Origin: Tubulanus polymorphus
Lineage: Eukaryota > Animalia > Nemertea
Assembly (NCBI RefSeq): GCF_964204645.1
Contig: NC_134026.1
Coordinates: 13,762,050 to 13,826,049, forward strand
Direction of reading: 5' to 3'
Length of the DNA: 64,000 nucleotides
How positions within the stretch are numbered: the stretch's first letter is position 1; each line of letters begins with the position of its first letter. Shown in pieces: positions 34,781 through 49,300 of the stretch. The notes beneath the pieces were generated by a model. It did no database searches, was not told where the DNA came from, and saw only the letters and a program-made list of their open reading frames with translations. The translations under genes and the position numbers were made by a program.

Positions 34781-35575
34781 CAGTCTACCTAGGATGTAAC
34801 GTAGCAGTCGGGACCAGATAATTTATATGTTATAACCGAAATACGGTATACGTATAAACCGTAGAAACTTCGTTATATCCGAATGTCATTTAAAGGCCGA
34901 CTTCAAGTATAAAAGGTCCATCATCTGTCAGACATGGCAGTATCTCTGAACCCATGGAGCAGTCAAGAGCTCCAGCGTTGAAACTGGTATTTCCCTAACA
35001 TCTCGGTCAGCTTACCGATTTGGACCCTCCTTTTTTGTCAGGGATATGTGTAAACATGTAATATAGTCATATCTATGGCTTAAAATTTAGTTTAAGCCCT
35101 CCTTTCCAATGAAGTTTAGATAGCTTGCGTGTATGCCTATGGTAGCCCTGGCAACAGTTGACGTTGGCGTACATGATTCACGAGCTATGCTCATGTAGAA
35201 ATCTATTTAGGTCAGCACACCATAAACCGTGATATAACGTATATGTTAGTTTTGTGATGGAAACTATCGATCACTCGACATGACACGAGTGCGTACAGCA
35301 GTAGGGATATTACACTGTATTAACATTTTCGTTTTTAACTGTTATTTTATTTCTAATTTTTTAATTTATGCGATACATTATATCCGAGGATAATTACGTT
35401 GATTTTACTAATTGGGACCGAATAATTTATACGATATAAGCGTCTACGTTATAAAAAGTATGGTATATTCAATGTTTTTTTAAGGCCTAATAGAAGGAAA
35501 AAAGTTTGGACTGGAAATGATACGATATAAGTGAATCTACGGTAAAGCCAATGACGTTACATCCAAGGTAGACTG
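34781..35575. mobile_element. Tc1/mariner (pogo/Tigger-like) MITE
   Basis: TA|CAGTCTACCTAGGATGTAACGT ... ACGTTACATCCAAGGTAGACTG|TA: 22-bp TIR with one mismatch and TA TSD. Confidence 0.85.
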
Positions 35576-38500
35576 TAGATACATAATAATCAACAACAAA
35601 AAAAAACAGGCAACAAAACATACTCTCACCCAAATAAGAATCACCAGTTGAAGGAGGTAAATAACTCAGTTTCCCTAAAGTAAATTATCCACACGAGCTT
35701 TTCGGGTATTGTGTTGGTGATACATTTAAGGTAGAAAAGTTGATTTGTTGGCACAAAGTAATGCACTCTTAATGCAGGTCTTAGGTTATTTGTTATACTT
35801 AACCTAAGAACCAAAAAAACCTAAGGCCCCTGAAATATTGAGCTGCTTCTTCCTACCTTAGGGAATATTGGGTATTTTTTCATGCATTCTATTTTGGTTT
35901 ATTTTAAACGAAGACGAAGGTTTTTTTCAAAAGTTTCAATTGTAATTTTACCATTTATTCATTGAAATATTTAGCCCAGATATTTTTTGCTTGCCAGTTG
36001 ATTACTGCTGATGATGTAAACAAAAGAGACATCGAATATTTTGTCAATTGCAAGCTGTTGAGCTCTTAGAGAAGTTATGTTCATCTCAATTTTCAATGTT
36101 TATCTCGTTTGAATGCCAGACAATTTTGGTATCCCTACATCGAGAGCAAGGGCTCGAGACTACACTAAGTTCACGTCGACAGTTCCACAACCTTCATGAT
36201 AAGGGAAGTAGGCTAGACCTAAAGTCTATCCTTGTGGTTATGATTGCGGTGCATCAAACAGTTCATATCATCGCAGATCTGGAACCCTGTGGTTTCTATG
36301 TGCTCAACTCTGCAAGTAACTGAGGTCAGGCAACAACTACATTCGGGAGTGAATAATACTAAAGTTTTCCCATTCTGGTCATTCACTTCTCTTTATTCCT
36401 CTAGATTTGGTTTTTTCTTGTATATTCTCAAAGTACACCGATTACTTAAAATGTATTTAAGCATGGAATTCATGTTTTCGTGGATTAATTTCTTATTTTG
36501 TGCACTTAACAAAGCTAGACATGCGCAAATGACTATTTGTGGATTTGATTATTGTCTCATGAGTCGTACGTACTGTGCTGCTCTTTTGCTTAAACACCGT
36601 CCAAATATAATGTTTCAACTTAAAAATTAGTTCTGACACTTTCTAATGTAAACATCGACTTGGGTATCCTCGGAAAATATTCACTCTTGAATGCAACAAG
36701 ACTTCAAAGCTAATTTTTTTCTTGCTAATTTCTTCATTTTCTTAGTGTAAGCTTCGAAAAGTTTTGCTCTTTATTCACTCTTGCCTGTTACTATAGTAAC
36801 AAGCAGCTAGGGTCCAGCGAGTCAGCGATGCTCATGGTGAGTTTGACGGCTTACAGCTATCAGTATCAATTAAATTGTTGTTGATACTGGCTCTTTGAGA
36901 GTGGAAATGCCGTGATCATAACCACTTGGATAGACTTTAGAATCATCATCGACCTTTCCAACGAATTGCGTATTTGGATATGAAACATCAGCGTAATGCC
37001 CCATAGTATTCATAGAAATCACATGTTTATCATCAACAAGTGTACCGGATATGTGTCAATCAATCATTCCAGCAAACACTAGGTTGGCACAATAACCGTC
37101 TTTTTATGACCACCACGTTTGGGTTTCGATGAATTGAGATTTTTCCTGTAAGACACAAAATTGAATATTCGGAATTGCACAACATGCAGGGAAAACTTGA
37201 AGTTGAGAGAGGAAATGTTTTTGATTGTCTTTATTCTGAATGTTGCCCAAAATGGAGGCCTTGGTATTAGTTTACTGTTTCCATCGATATACATGAAAGC
37301 CATCCCCAGTAGGAGACTGCCACAAAATTTGGAAAATTTAGCCAGTTCTGGTAATTCTTAATTTATAACACTACTGGGCATTTTTAAGTCTGGGGTTCAC
37401 CTTGGCAATGTGACCTTGTCTTCTAGTCAGTTTGTAAGCATCACTATTCAATTCAGTACCATCAAAACCTCATAATGAATGCCAAGGGGACTAAATCGAA
37501 TGGGGGCTGCTGAGGTTTGCTCACCTTCATTTCTGGTGGCAGCCATTTTAAACACTGTCTAAAATGGTGGCAGGGAGTAAAATCAGCTTGGTACTTTATT
37601 AGAAATTATTGAGTGTACCCCTGGCTACGTAATCACCAATTGCGGTACTTAGAATAAAATGTCAGTTATTGCACAAATCTGTCTACTAGAATTGGTATCA
37701 GTCACATTATATTACTGCTGGCTTGCTAATAAAAATGGTGATTAACTGATTGAGCTCAATGAAAGTAATTATGTTGTTACAGTGATGTAACCGTGACTGA
37801 GAGGCATGCAAATTTTCTTGCATAATTATATAAAAGGGATATTGACAAAATTCAAGTTCAGAAATTTGCTTGTTTGCTACGGCTAGTGCTAGTTGGGACC
37901 GGAAATTGGGACCTAAATCTGCCATGTTTTAGTTCATTTGCAATAAAAATCTCTCGCTTCAAGATTTTAGTAAGCGTTATTTTACTAACTGTATGTTGTC
38001 ACCCGTATTCCTTTGAATACATGTATGGTAGCCCCAAAAATACGTTGTTAAGATGAAACCTCATTTCATGTGCTATGCATCCCATTAAATGTCTTGAAGT
38101 TGTCAACATAAGTTTAGCAACAACACTCGAAACAATGATGTCTAGCCTTTGAAGACGATGTTCTTTTGTATCCAACGTATTACGTATATTGTATATTGCT
38201 CAGTTATAGTAAAAAAAATGCTTTCTAAAAGCTTAGAGCAAGATATTTTTTTGCGAATTAATTAAAACATGGTGGATTTAGGTTCTGATTGGATTCGAGA
38301 AATTCCAGAACTTGAATTTGTCGAAATCCCGTATTCGGTCACCATGTAGACATTTATAAACATACTGTTATATTAAGTGTGCGCGTTATTCAAAAGGTCC
38401 CATAACTTTTGAAATGAAATTCATTCAATATTCGCCAAGACATTTGGGTCAGTGCAGTAATTTGATGAAAAATGAAGTGGTTTTTGAACATCCCAAAGTT

Positions 38501-41500
38501 TCCACCGTATCCTAGTTGTCAACATAAATGCCGATCACAAAAATTCATGTACATGTAATATTTACTTGTATCCTAAAAGAAAAGAAAACCACAAAAAAAT
38601 CTATGGAATATGCGTAGTGTGTTTTAATGGACTGTGGCATTAGCCAAGTTCATATTGTTGTCAACTCACCGATTCTCTGAAAACGAATGCAAAATTATCC
38701 AGGGTCAGTAGAAAGTAGGCCTATTGGAAGGAAATTCTAGGACACCTCCAGTATGGAAGTATGGAACGTGCCCCAGGACATCAACAATAATTTGACAGAA
38801 GTCAGACATGGAAAAACACTTGAACTGTTTAATCTTTAATTTTGTATTCTCAACTATAAAATGCATAGAGAATTTATCAAGAATAAACATTGTGTATTGT
38901 ACATCTACAGCAATCCTGGCCTAGCCTGGGAAACTGGGACTGGAAAAATTGGTAAGCGAAGTCTGTGTTGTGACTAGTAGGGAAATCACAAAGAAAGATT
39001 TGTCCGAGTTTAGGCATGTTTGAGTGAGGCGAGTCTTGTATTTCAAATGACAGACAAGTAATATGCAAATGATTTGATATCTGATCATTTCTCAATTGAA
39101 CCCTTTTATATAAAGACTGGCTTATGTCAACCTGTGACTTGACGCGTCCTGATGCAAGTGGTGTTTATCAGTGACCAGCTGTCTATGGTAGGCCACCAGA
39201 TGCTGTCATATCCGCTCGACATGAGCCGGCTTCTGACAGCAACCCGATGCCTACCGACTTGGCACAAGTGTATAAGCTGATAGTTGCTTTCGAGGGCAAC
39301 CAACCTGAGCTCAGCTGCAAGCGGTGGAACGGACAGAACGTTTCAACATATCTACCATATTCATCAATAATTTAGGGTCCATCATATTCAATAATTCGTA
39401 ATGTTTTATTATTCAGTTTGATTTTTGTAACAATAACAACTAGCAATAGGTATATATCTTCTTAGATTGGTGAATAACAGATCATTAAATAATGGCATTC
39501 ATCACCGATTTCGCCTGGATTACGTATTGTACATAGTCTTTCTTCTTTCTATCTATCTTTCTCAATCACTAAACAATGTTTATTGACACAATATCATAAC
39601 AAATAACTCGATAAGTAATTTTTCAAACTCAAAATTCTTTTTTATTCATTATTACAAAGTGTGTGATCTTTGGTAACCGTTTCATCCCACCAAGGTTGAA
39701 CAAATTCTCTTTTCTTGCGTCACGTAGTGGAGGAAGAAAAGTTAATCTTGTTGTGGCAAGTGAGGGTTTTTTGGCGTAAAAGGCAGTTGGGTGGATTTCG
39801 TCATTCTAGGCTGCGTTGCGACCGAGGTTTTACCTAGGAAATTTCCTTTAAGGAAAATTATCAGAAGTTTTTGGCTAATGGGTAGATGTGAAAATAATGG
39901 GTGTTATCAGTTGTTAACATGTGTTGGGTAATGTTTTCTATCTGAAGAGTATCGTAAGAATCTAAAAATGAGTTTGTATAGTAGAGGTTTGTGAGGTATT
40001 AGTTAAAATTATGTAAATAGTTTGTAGCTCCAGATATTCTGATATTTTTTTCAATTGAAAATTGAAATTCTATGCTTTTCCATCAAACAGCCATGGTGGT
40101 TTTTATTGTGGAAATAAACTGCAGCATCTCATCTTTTTATTAGTAATCAGGAGTTTGTTTTTGATTGTTTATAGTTCTGGATAGAATTTAGCGTATGGAT
40201 ATTGGTAACCCCGGGCGGGTGCAACAAAGACTGGGTTTTTAACCCATCAGCACTCAGGAATTGTCGAGAATTAACATCTGTATTATCTTAACTTTGACAT
40301 CCCATCCTACCACGCAATTCTAGATGTCCGGAAACCATTTATTACTGAACGGAAACACCTTGTAAGAGTTTGTGTTACGTACGTGGGTTGACCACGAGCT
40401 AATGTACTACGCATGCGCATGTAATGATAATCTGACTTTATGGGATGAAATAAACTAGTATTAGTTTGCAATTCAAGTGTTCGGGTTGTGTTGATCTACT
40501 CCAAGTTGACATCAAGTCACACACACTTTCACAGGAATTTCACAGTGTAGTGTCAATAACTCCGCAGAAAATTCATGGGACAATTCCAAGTTTGCCACAA
40601 TACTGAACTCATTTGCTGTTTATCTTCATGCATTACTAGTTGGTGTTGTTTCGTAGTAAATTAATAGTCAAGGCTTTTATATGATATTAGATTTGATGAG
40701 GTGGGCCACCAAAATCCTTTTGGCCCCCGAGATTCATCCAAACTTACTTGGATTTGAAGTGAGCGCTCAGATCTATCATGTTAAAAAACAGGAAGATGTT
40801 GATTTCTGTATGGTATTTTGAGGACCTTGGTGTCTAGCTTATCATAAGCTATTGGGTTTGAATCCCAATATAACTGTTTTTGTGCAGCATTCGAAACAAT
40901 GTCAGGGCAGCTTGAGGAGTTATAGGCAGGGCGGATACTGGCGGCCTGGGTGCTAATGGGTGATGGGATAATTTCATATAGTTATTTAAACAATTGACAT
41001 CTACTGGATCTTGGATCATCCATATGTAATCTGACCCCCTAGTGACAATAGTAGCTCCACTGCAACACCCAAATTATGATCCCCAATGGATACCTACCTA
41101 AATGACCAAATACAACTTTTGGACCAATGTTTCTTACATGGAACATTTTTAGATTAGCTATGGATGGAGATAGTGGCGTTTCTATGAATCATATGCCCAT
41201 CCAAAGGTGCAAAACTCGTTTTTGGTGGAATAATATGGAATTGGAAGAATTTAAGACCTCTTGAAAAAAAGGAAAATTTGAGTAAATCTGACAAACTTGA
41301 TTTACACTTGTATTTAGATCAATTAAATAAAGCAAAGATATTTATTGAGTGGTGGAATAGTCAAACACAGAATGACCCGCATACTGAGGCTTTAATCAGT
41401 GGTTAGAATAAGAACTAGTGCCATACATGTATACATAGGTTTAGTTTGTTTGTCAAAACATCTGTCACACGCTCGCACCATTCAATTGTAAGCGAGTACT

Positions 41501-42679
41501 TCATTTGAATATTGATCGATCGATCAAACAGGTGTTGCCATTCAACGTTGTTATATTGGATAGCTAGCAGTTAGTATAAGGAAAGGAATTACCAAAAGCG
41601 CAATGCATACGCGCAGGATACTTCTCTCTCGCAAGGAAAGGAATTTCAGTTTGTGTGGTAAGTTTTAGCAAAACAACCCGACCTGACTCGCATAGTTTTT
41701 AGGGGATAAGCATCCCATTATTGAGAGGCGCCAAGAGATACTTATCCCCTAGCATTTCTACTTACACCCCTGCGACCCATGCCTCACCAATTCTCCTTCA
41801 ATGGTTGACAGGAAATTATATTTAAGGCGCCTTATGCGTTTCCTATCAACCCCATACCCGCGAAAGGAGGATCGAAAATCGAAACTGAAAGAGAACCACG
41901 GAGGGTGGACAAAGGTGTATTTTCGAAATGCCCCTGCAAGCCAAGCCCGGCGGCGCTACAGTGGTGAAATGAATTGCCTTTCATACTTAGCTAAAACACC
42001 GAAGTCAATGTAACTGGTGTTTACTAAAGAAATACGTTATTTGAAATTAGAAATTATTCCGAATGAAAATAATATAAGAATGAAAACTGATAAATGAATT
42101 ATAGGCCTTTAACTTGATTATGATTTAATTTTTAATCAAATTTGTAATCAATTATCTATATTAATTGATTATTAAATTCAAATTCAAATATTCATTTCAG
42201 TATCTCACTCAGTGCTGCCATCCTTCAATTTAAGAAAAAACTGATAATTAGAAACGACTGTAATACAATGTTCAAGTAAAAACTTCAAAATAAAAACAAT
42301 AAGTTAACTAACTATTCTTATATTTCTAATTATTAACTAGATTTAATATCGAGGATCCGAAATGACTTATATGGACAGTTATAGTAATTGCTCCTTTAGA
42401 TAGACAAAAGTAGTGAGATATTTTATATCCTAAATTAAAATAAAGAGTATCAAAAAAACAATAACTTCAAGTAACACTTGAATTCTATTACATTTTTAAT
42501 ATTTTTTTATTCAATTCCAATTAACACTAGATTAAATAGATTTTGAATAGATTCTAATAACAAAACAATAACTTCAAATAGCTAGTATTACTTAGAAAAC
42601 GCTAGTATCACAAAAAGTATTATTCTAGTATCATTTGAAGAATAATTATAATATTTTTTTCGCTTTTTTGCTGAAATAA

Positions 42680-43276
42680 ATGTCAAAGAAATCGAATAAG
42701 AATAGTATTGATATAGAAAAGACATTAGATGATTTAGGTATTACAGATGATAAAGATACAGTTGTAACTAATTGTGCTCAAGTTAATAATAATATTGATT
42801 ATGAATACTATTAAACATGTAAGCACCATCTTGAGTTACTAATTGCCAGCGGCAAGTGTAATGAATTTATCGGAAAAATTATAACTTTTCAAGAATTAGA
42901 TAATATGAAACCAGATAAAGTAATCAAACATTTCAAAATATATGAAGAAGCTAGATTAGCTAGAATAAACGATTCTATTAGTGATGGAATAGTTTAATGT
43001 TATTCTAAATTATGTAACCGGATAATACCAATTGATGATGAAAATAAATTATATACTGATGTAAAAAATGATTACTTAGTTATGACAGAATTACAAAAAT
43101 GGGTTGGATACGCTTCATTCCAATTAGGCGGAATAATGACATTTATTTCTACTGGTGAAATAACATTTTCTAACATTCAACCTTTAGTATATAAAGATAA
43201 AAAATCAGATAATATCGAAACAGATATCAAAACAGATCTTAAATCAGAACAAAAATTAACTAAAATAAATGAGTGA
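42680..43276 (+). pseudogene. Polinton hypothetical protein (MSKKSNKNS...), internal stops
   Basis: Homologous to 53331-53938 on the minus strand. TAAATG start. Confidence 0.75.
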
Positions 43277-43637
43277 TGATATTCAGAAAAAGCCTAGATC
43301 TGAAAAACAAATTAAATGGGCACGGGAGTTGGGAAAAAGATCTTCTGAGTTAAAAAGAGCTAAGAAAAAGAAATTAACTGATATAAATGAATCGCAGAAA
43401 TTATCTGTTATTAATTCGATTGATTATTCATCTAATTCTTCTAATACTGGAAGAAATAATTACTTATATATTACAATTGGGTTAATCACAGTAATTATAT
43501 TCTCTGGTATAATATATAAATATAAATTCAAATCTAATAATAATGATGATAATGATAATGATAAACCTATTATACCAGAAAATAAATCAAATGATAAAAT
43601 CATTGAAAATAAATCAAGATTATTATTAATGGATTAA
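43269..43637 (+). CDS. Polinton hypothetical basic protein with one TM helix
   Basis: Intact 122-aa ORF (KKPRSEKQIKWARELGKRS..YLYITIGLITVIIFSGIIY). Homolog at 52965-53338. Confidence 0.72.
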   Translation: MSDDIQKKPRSEKQIKWARELGKRSSELKRAKKKKLTDINESQKLSVINSIDYSSNSSNTGRNNYLYITIGLITVIIFSGIIYKYKFKSNNNDDNDNDKPIIPENKSNDKIIENKSRLLLMD

Positions 43638-45149
43638 AATAAGATGAAAAAAGAACAATATTTAAGAGATTTATATTATAACCCAGAGAGTGAAGTATCA
43701 TATTCTAGTGTTTCAGAATTATAGTATAAAATAAAATTTGATAATGAAAATATAAAATATAGTGAATTAAAATTATGGTTACAAAATCAACCATTTGTTT
43801 ATAAATTAGAAGATTCAAAAGATGAAGAAATATTAAGTTATTTTTATGAACAAGAATTATCACTAGTACCAAATCCAGATGATATAGAATACAAAATAGA
43901 AAAAGTATTGAAAACAAAAACTCAACTTTTTCAATACGGTTACTATATCATTACTCGAGAAATAATCTATAGATGTTTTTCTATACCACTGATAATCTAA
44001 TATATTCATTTCTTTAAATTTCGGATTTAAAATTAATGGATTTTCTATTACATTTTCTGTACCTATATTCACACCAAGATTTAAATTCCTGTATTGTATG
44101 GGCTGGATAATTTCCACCTTTTGTTTTGAATTTATAATGTTTTGCCCAATTAGTCTTTTTTATACATTCATTACAGAAGGCACAATAATTTTGGTCTTCT
44201 TTGCATTTATCTTTATACTAGCTAAATACCTGTCCAATGGACGGCTTTGTCGTTTAGCGCATTGGTGTATTGGTCGTGAGCACACCACCTCGGTGCATGA
44301 ATCCTGCATCCTGCGTTTTGCATATGAAATACATTTATTTTAATCGGCCGGGAAATGAATCTAAATGCTTCAAATGTTCAGAGTTCTTGGAACCAACCCC
44401 ACACCTGCTCCCCTACCCCACACCTGCTCCCCTACCCTGTCTGACCTGTCTGTGGTACAAAACCATTTGTTCAAATAACTAACCGTAAATTATCGGCCCC
44501 AGCGGTTTTAGGCCCTCTCTTTCTTGTTCGAGCACTTACTATATTGACCACACCACCCGTACGTTAATTTAACAATCCATTCAACCGACGAATTGCGTGA
44601 TATCATGCTTAACTTGTGGGACTACCATTCATTGAAAAAATACCAACGTAGTCGCTCGACGATGATATTAGGATTCTGTATTTTGTATCACTGTTTGACT
44701 TTTTATATCTCTCGTATATACATAAATTTTGCAAGAGAGCATTAGAAAAGTACGTACATTTTTCTTTGACCCCCTCCCCGTACAAAGTTACTACCGGTAC
44801 ATTATTTGTTATCCATCCCCATAAAACCGTATGTACTATTTGAACGCTCTTTTATAAAATCTACCACCATCGCATGCATCGGTAGCCCCCTGAGCCATTG
44901 CGAGAGGCTGAGTTTGGGCCTCCCTATCTGCCAGTAACCTATCTGTGGTATGGAACCATTCTGAAAAACTACGCAATGGGCCTGTCCCCCTCTAAGAACC
45001 ATTCTGAGACGCTGCATATGGGTGGGCAACACGGTCAGAACATATCGCTAATTCCAATCAAAATTTGATCCAAAGATTACGTGAATGAATGTCTCAACCA
45101 ATGTTTTAAACACCCGAAATTCACAACTGCGGATATCAACATGCCTAAT

Positions 45150-45651
45150 AAGACCATTTCAATATTCATTTCGCCAGCGGTCATTGAAATGATGTAGCAA
45201 AAAGGCACGATGACTTGCTCTTTTTCGTATGACAGTAGCATCAATGAAATCAGGGTCTGCTAATTCATCGAGATCAACGATAGGATAGGGAACAGTGACG
45301 ATTTTTCGACTTTGAAACAATTGAGATGACGTGATGGCATCTGGATCTCTTAGATCAGTCGAAACATGTCAAGGGTCGGTCATTTAGTATAGATTCTATC
45401 TCAGACAAAAGCGTTTGTAATTCATCTCGGTCCAGTTTGTTTTTCCGCATGACTTTCTTAAGTAAGGTTTTTGTCATGCCGATTACCCTTTCCCAAAATC
45501 CACCAAACCACGGTGCTCTTTTCGGTATGAAAAGCCAAGAACAACTATTCTTAGCAAGATGCGTTTTGATGGCGTGGTTTTCGATGAGAGATTTAATTAT
45601 CTCAGCCGAACATTCGAACGTCGATTGATTATCTGACATCATGAGAGAGGG
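45150..45651 (-). pseudogene. BEL/Pao integrase fragment
   Basis: PSLMMSDNQSTF, WLFIPKRAPWFGGFWERVIG..K, LLSEIESILNDRPLT, downstream RWRNEY. Confidence 0.88.
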
Positions 45652-45883
45652 TGTTACAGATAATCCTACTGTCATATGTGTTCAGCCTTATAAACCATTG
45701 TGTATTATTATATTGTGACAAGCTGTACATTATCTAATGTCCTTTAAGACCGGTTCCAGCTTTGAATAACTGTAATCACGTTTTTATGCGGTCCTGGTCG
45801 CATTTCTGTACATTTAGATGGTCATAATACAGTCCTCTAGCTAACTTTAAATCTCAATTCATGCTCAAGTTCGTTTAAGTACA
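45652..45883 (+). repeat. Left part of a BEL/Pao 5' LTR split by Polinton D
   Basis: Begins TGTTAC where the older BEL integrase breaks off. Joins 56464-56640 through the AGTACA TSD. The second LTR is not in the window, so the start is inferred. Confidence 0.65.
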
Positions 45884-46268
45884 AGTAATAGGGGTAATGG
45901 GCTTTCAGGCCAAAGGTCGAAGGGTCGAGCTCGTAAAAAAATGAAAATAATAATTTCCAGTTGAATTAGTCGCGCACACTCCTAATTCAACTGGAAATTA
46001 TTGTTATTTTCATTTTTTACTCACTCGCCCCTTCAACCTTTAGCCTGAAAGCCCATTACCCCTATTACTCTTAAAATATTCATATACATGAATAAAATAT
46101 AAATGAATAACATTTAAATTGACAGATTATTCAATATAAAAGTGTGAGCTCTTATAGAATAGATATATAGATATATTTTAAACATTATTTCAATATTCAT
46201 ATTTGTATGAGTTAGATTTTTAAACATTAAAAGTGTTAGTAAAGTGTGATTGAAATAATACATATATA
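45884..46268 (+). repeat. Left TIR; outer 186 bp (45884-46069) is a fold-back palindrome
   Basis: Reverse complement of 56070-56457 with few differences. AGTAATAGGGGTAATGGGCTTTCAGGC...GCCTGAAAGCCCATTACCCCTATTACT, apex TCGCGCACACTC. Confidence 0.95.
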
Positions 46269-46315
46269 AATCATTGAACTTCTAAAATCAATTTAAAAAA
46301 AAAATTAGTATTAAA

Positions 46316-49300
46316 ATGGAAGCAAATAAGTACTACTGTCCAACATGTAAGATCAATATAGATAAATCTCAAAAATCAAGACACAATAAAACTAAAACAC
46401 ATTTAGAGATTAAATTGAAATTAGAATATAAAGATGATATATTAGAAACTAAACTAGAAGAATTAAAGAATGAAAAAGAAACATACAAATGTGATACATG
46501 TAATCAATCATTCAGTGATAAAAGATATTATAATGAACATTTAAAATCTAAAAGCCATATTAGAAATATGAATAATGATATTTCATGTGAAGATTATTTT
46601 GATAATGACAATGATAAGAAACAAGACAATTAAAAGAATAAGAAATGAATTAAACAATAAAAGACCATACATGGAAGATGTAAGAAATTATATTAATTCA
46701 TTAGATAATAAAAAAGATATAGAGATAACCAAAGCATTTAAAAGTGATATTGGTCCAGCAGCTATTGAGTTTAAATTTCATAAAGGAAAAACATTAGAAG
46801 AAAATAAAAAACATTTAGAAAATATGAAAGAAATAATGAAAATAATAACTGATGTTGAATATCCTAAAATAAGTATATCTTCTAAAGTTAAATTCATAAA
46901 ATCTGAAGATAAACCAATATATAATATAAATTCTCATTCACAACATATTATATCTAAACAACATATAGATGATAAATTAGATAAATGTTATAATAAAGTA
47001 AAAACTAAAATAGAAGAGAAATATTTTGAAGGATCTGGTTTAATATTTGATGAAATAATATTTATGACTTTACATGTTTATAACACAAAATATAATAAGT
47101 TAACTAAACGAAACCAATTGATGAAAATAATGTATCATATTATAAAGAACCAGATATTGAAGCATCGAGTTACATTAAACTACCATTTAAAACTAATGCT
47201 GTAATAAATGTACAAAATTTTGATGATAAATGTTTTCTATGGGCAATTATAAGTTGCTTACACCCAGTTGAAGATTATAATAAACATACTTACAGATTAA
47301 CAAATTATAAACAATTTGAAAATAATTATAAGATAGATAAGTATCCTGTTAGAATTAAAAATATCCCAAAAATAGAAAGAGATAATAATTTAAGAATAGA
47401 TGTATTTGATTTAATCAAATTACCAAATACAAAAGGTAACAATTATAAACATTATACATTAGAACTTTTATACCTATCAAAAGATTATGATTCAAATGAT
47501 GTTATAGATATACTATATTATGAAAATCATTATATGTGGATTAAACAAATCGATTTATTTTTTAAATCAGAAAATGATCACCATAAAATATATCTTTTTA
47601 GAAAATGTTTACATAGATTCAGTAATGAAAGTACATTATTAAATCATAAACAATTATGTGAAAATCATAATTATTGTAAATTAGTTTTACCAAATGAAAA
47701 GGATAAAATATTAGAATTCAAAAAATATGATTACAAAAATAAAGTACCATTTGTAATATATGGAGATTTTGAATCATTAAATAAAGAACTAACTGATCAA
47801 GATAGAAAAGAAATATATTATAAAAGAAAGAAATTAAATTCAAATGAAAATGATTTTTCAGATGAACCACCAAAAACAAATACTATTAAAAAGATTCATC
47901 AATCAGCTGCAGCTTTAGGATTATATATTAAATCTGCTTATCCAGAACTAATTAAAAGTGAATATTATCATTCTCGAAATGAAAATGTTATCAATCATTT
48001 TTTGTGACTTATTAATTAAATATGAAATAAGATTTAATGAAAAGTTAAATAAAAATATAGAAATTATAATGACAGAAGAAGATAAAGAAGTATTTGAGTT
48101 TGCAGATAAATGTTATTATTGTGAAAAGATATTTAATTATAAAGATAAAAAAGTAAGAGACCATGATCATTTGAATGGAAAGTTTAGAGGCGCTGCACAT
48201 GAGAATTGTAACTTACAAGCTAAGAAAATTAACTTTGTACCAGTTATATTTCATAATCTATCAGGATATGATGCTCATTTATTTATCAAACAGCTATGTT
48301 ATAAAATAGAAGAAATCAATAATGAAATTCAAATAGATCAAAAGATAAAATACCAACTTATAAATTTAAAATGTTAGCTAGAACATCTGAGAATTATATA
48401 TCATTCCAATTTGGGTGTTTAAGATTTATAGATTCATATAGATTTTTAAATAATTCGTTAGATAACTTATCAAAATCATTAGTTGATGATGAATTAAAAA
48501 TATTAAAACAACACTACCCAAATAATGATGATTTTCAATTAATGAGATATAAAGGCGCAATTCCATATTCATTTTATTAATCACATAATGATTTTAACAT
48601 AACTGAATTATTGAAAGAACAATTCTATGATGAATTAAAAAATGAATATGTTAAAGATGAAGTATATAATAGAACATTGAATATTTGGAATCATTTCAAA
48701 ATAGAAAATCATGGACAATTAGTAGATTCATATCTAAAATCAGATGTATTATTATTAACTGATATATTCGAAAGGTTTAGAGATGTAAACTTAAAATATT
48801 TCAATATTGATCCTTGTTATTGTTATTCTAGTCCAGGTTTAACATGGGATTGTGGATTAAAATTTACAGATATAAAAATGGATTTGTTAATAAATATAGA
48901 TCAATTATTATTATTTGAAAAATCTATAAGAGGAGGAGTTTCAGGTGTATTAGGGGATAGATATTTCAATGTAAATGATAACCCTGGTTATAAGTTATTA
49001 TATATAGATGCAAATAATCTATATGGTTGGGCAATGATGGAACCACAACCTTGTGGAGTATTTGAAATAAGTGAAGTTTCACAACATGAAAATAATGATA
49101 AATTTGATTGGAAGAAAAGAATTCTAGATATTGCAGATGATTCAGATACTGGTTACTTCTTTGTTGTAGATTTAGAATATCCTGAACATATTAAATTTAA
49201 ATCTAGAAATCTAGCATACTTTCCAGAACATAAAACTGTAACTCATGAAGAATTATCAAATTATCAAAAAAGAATTAAACCCGAAAATCATATTCATACA

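Larger units (their letters stand above)
41243..44216 (+). mobile_element. Polinton copy C: rearranged fragment (HNH tail, two small genes, internally deleted integrase, inverted zinc-finger gene piece)
   Basis: WKNLRPLEKKENLSKSDKLDLHLYLDQL at ~41243-41410 matches the copy D HNH. 42680-43637 matches 53938-52965. Integrase start 43644-43790 is fused to its 3' part 43791-43920. 43921-44216 is an inverted paralog of ~11870-12230. Confidence 0.85.

Noticed and set aside
35600-41200. Many short ORFs of 60-130 aa
   Set aside because: No recognisable motifs or consistent splice/coding pattern. Probably decayed repeats or intronic DNA.
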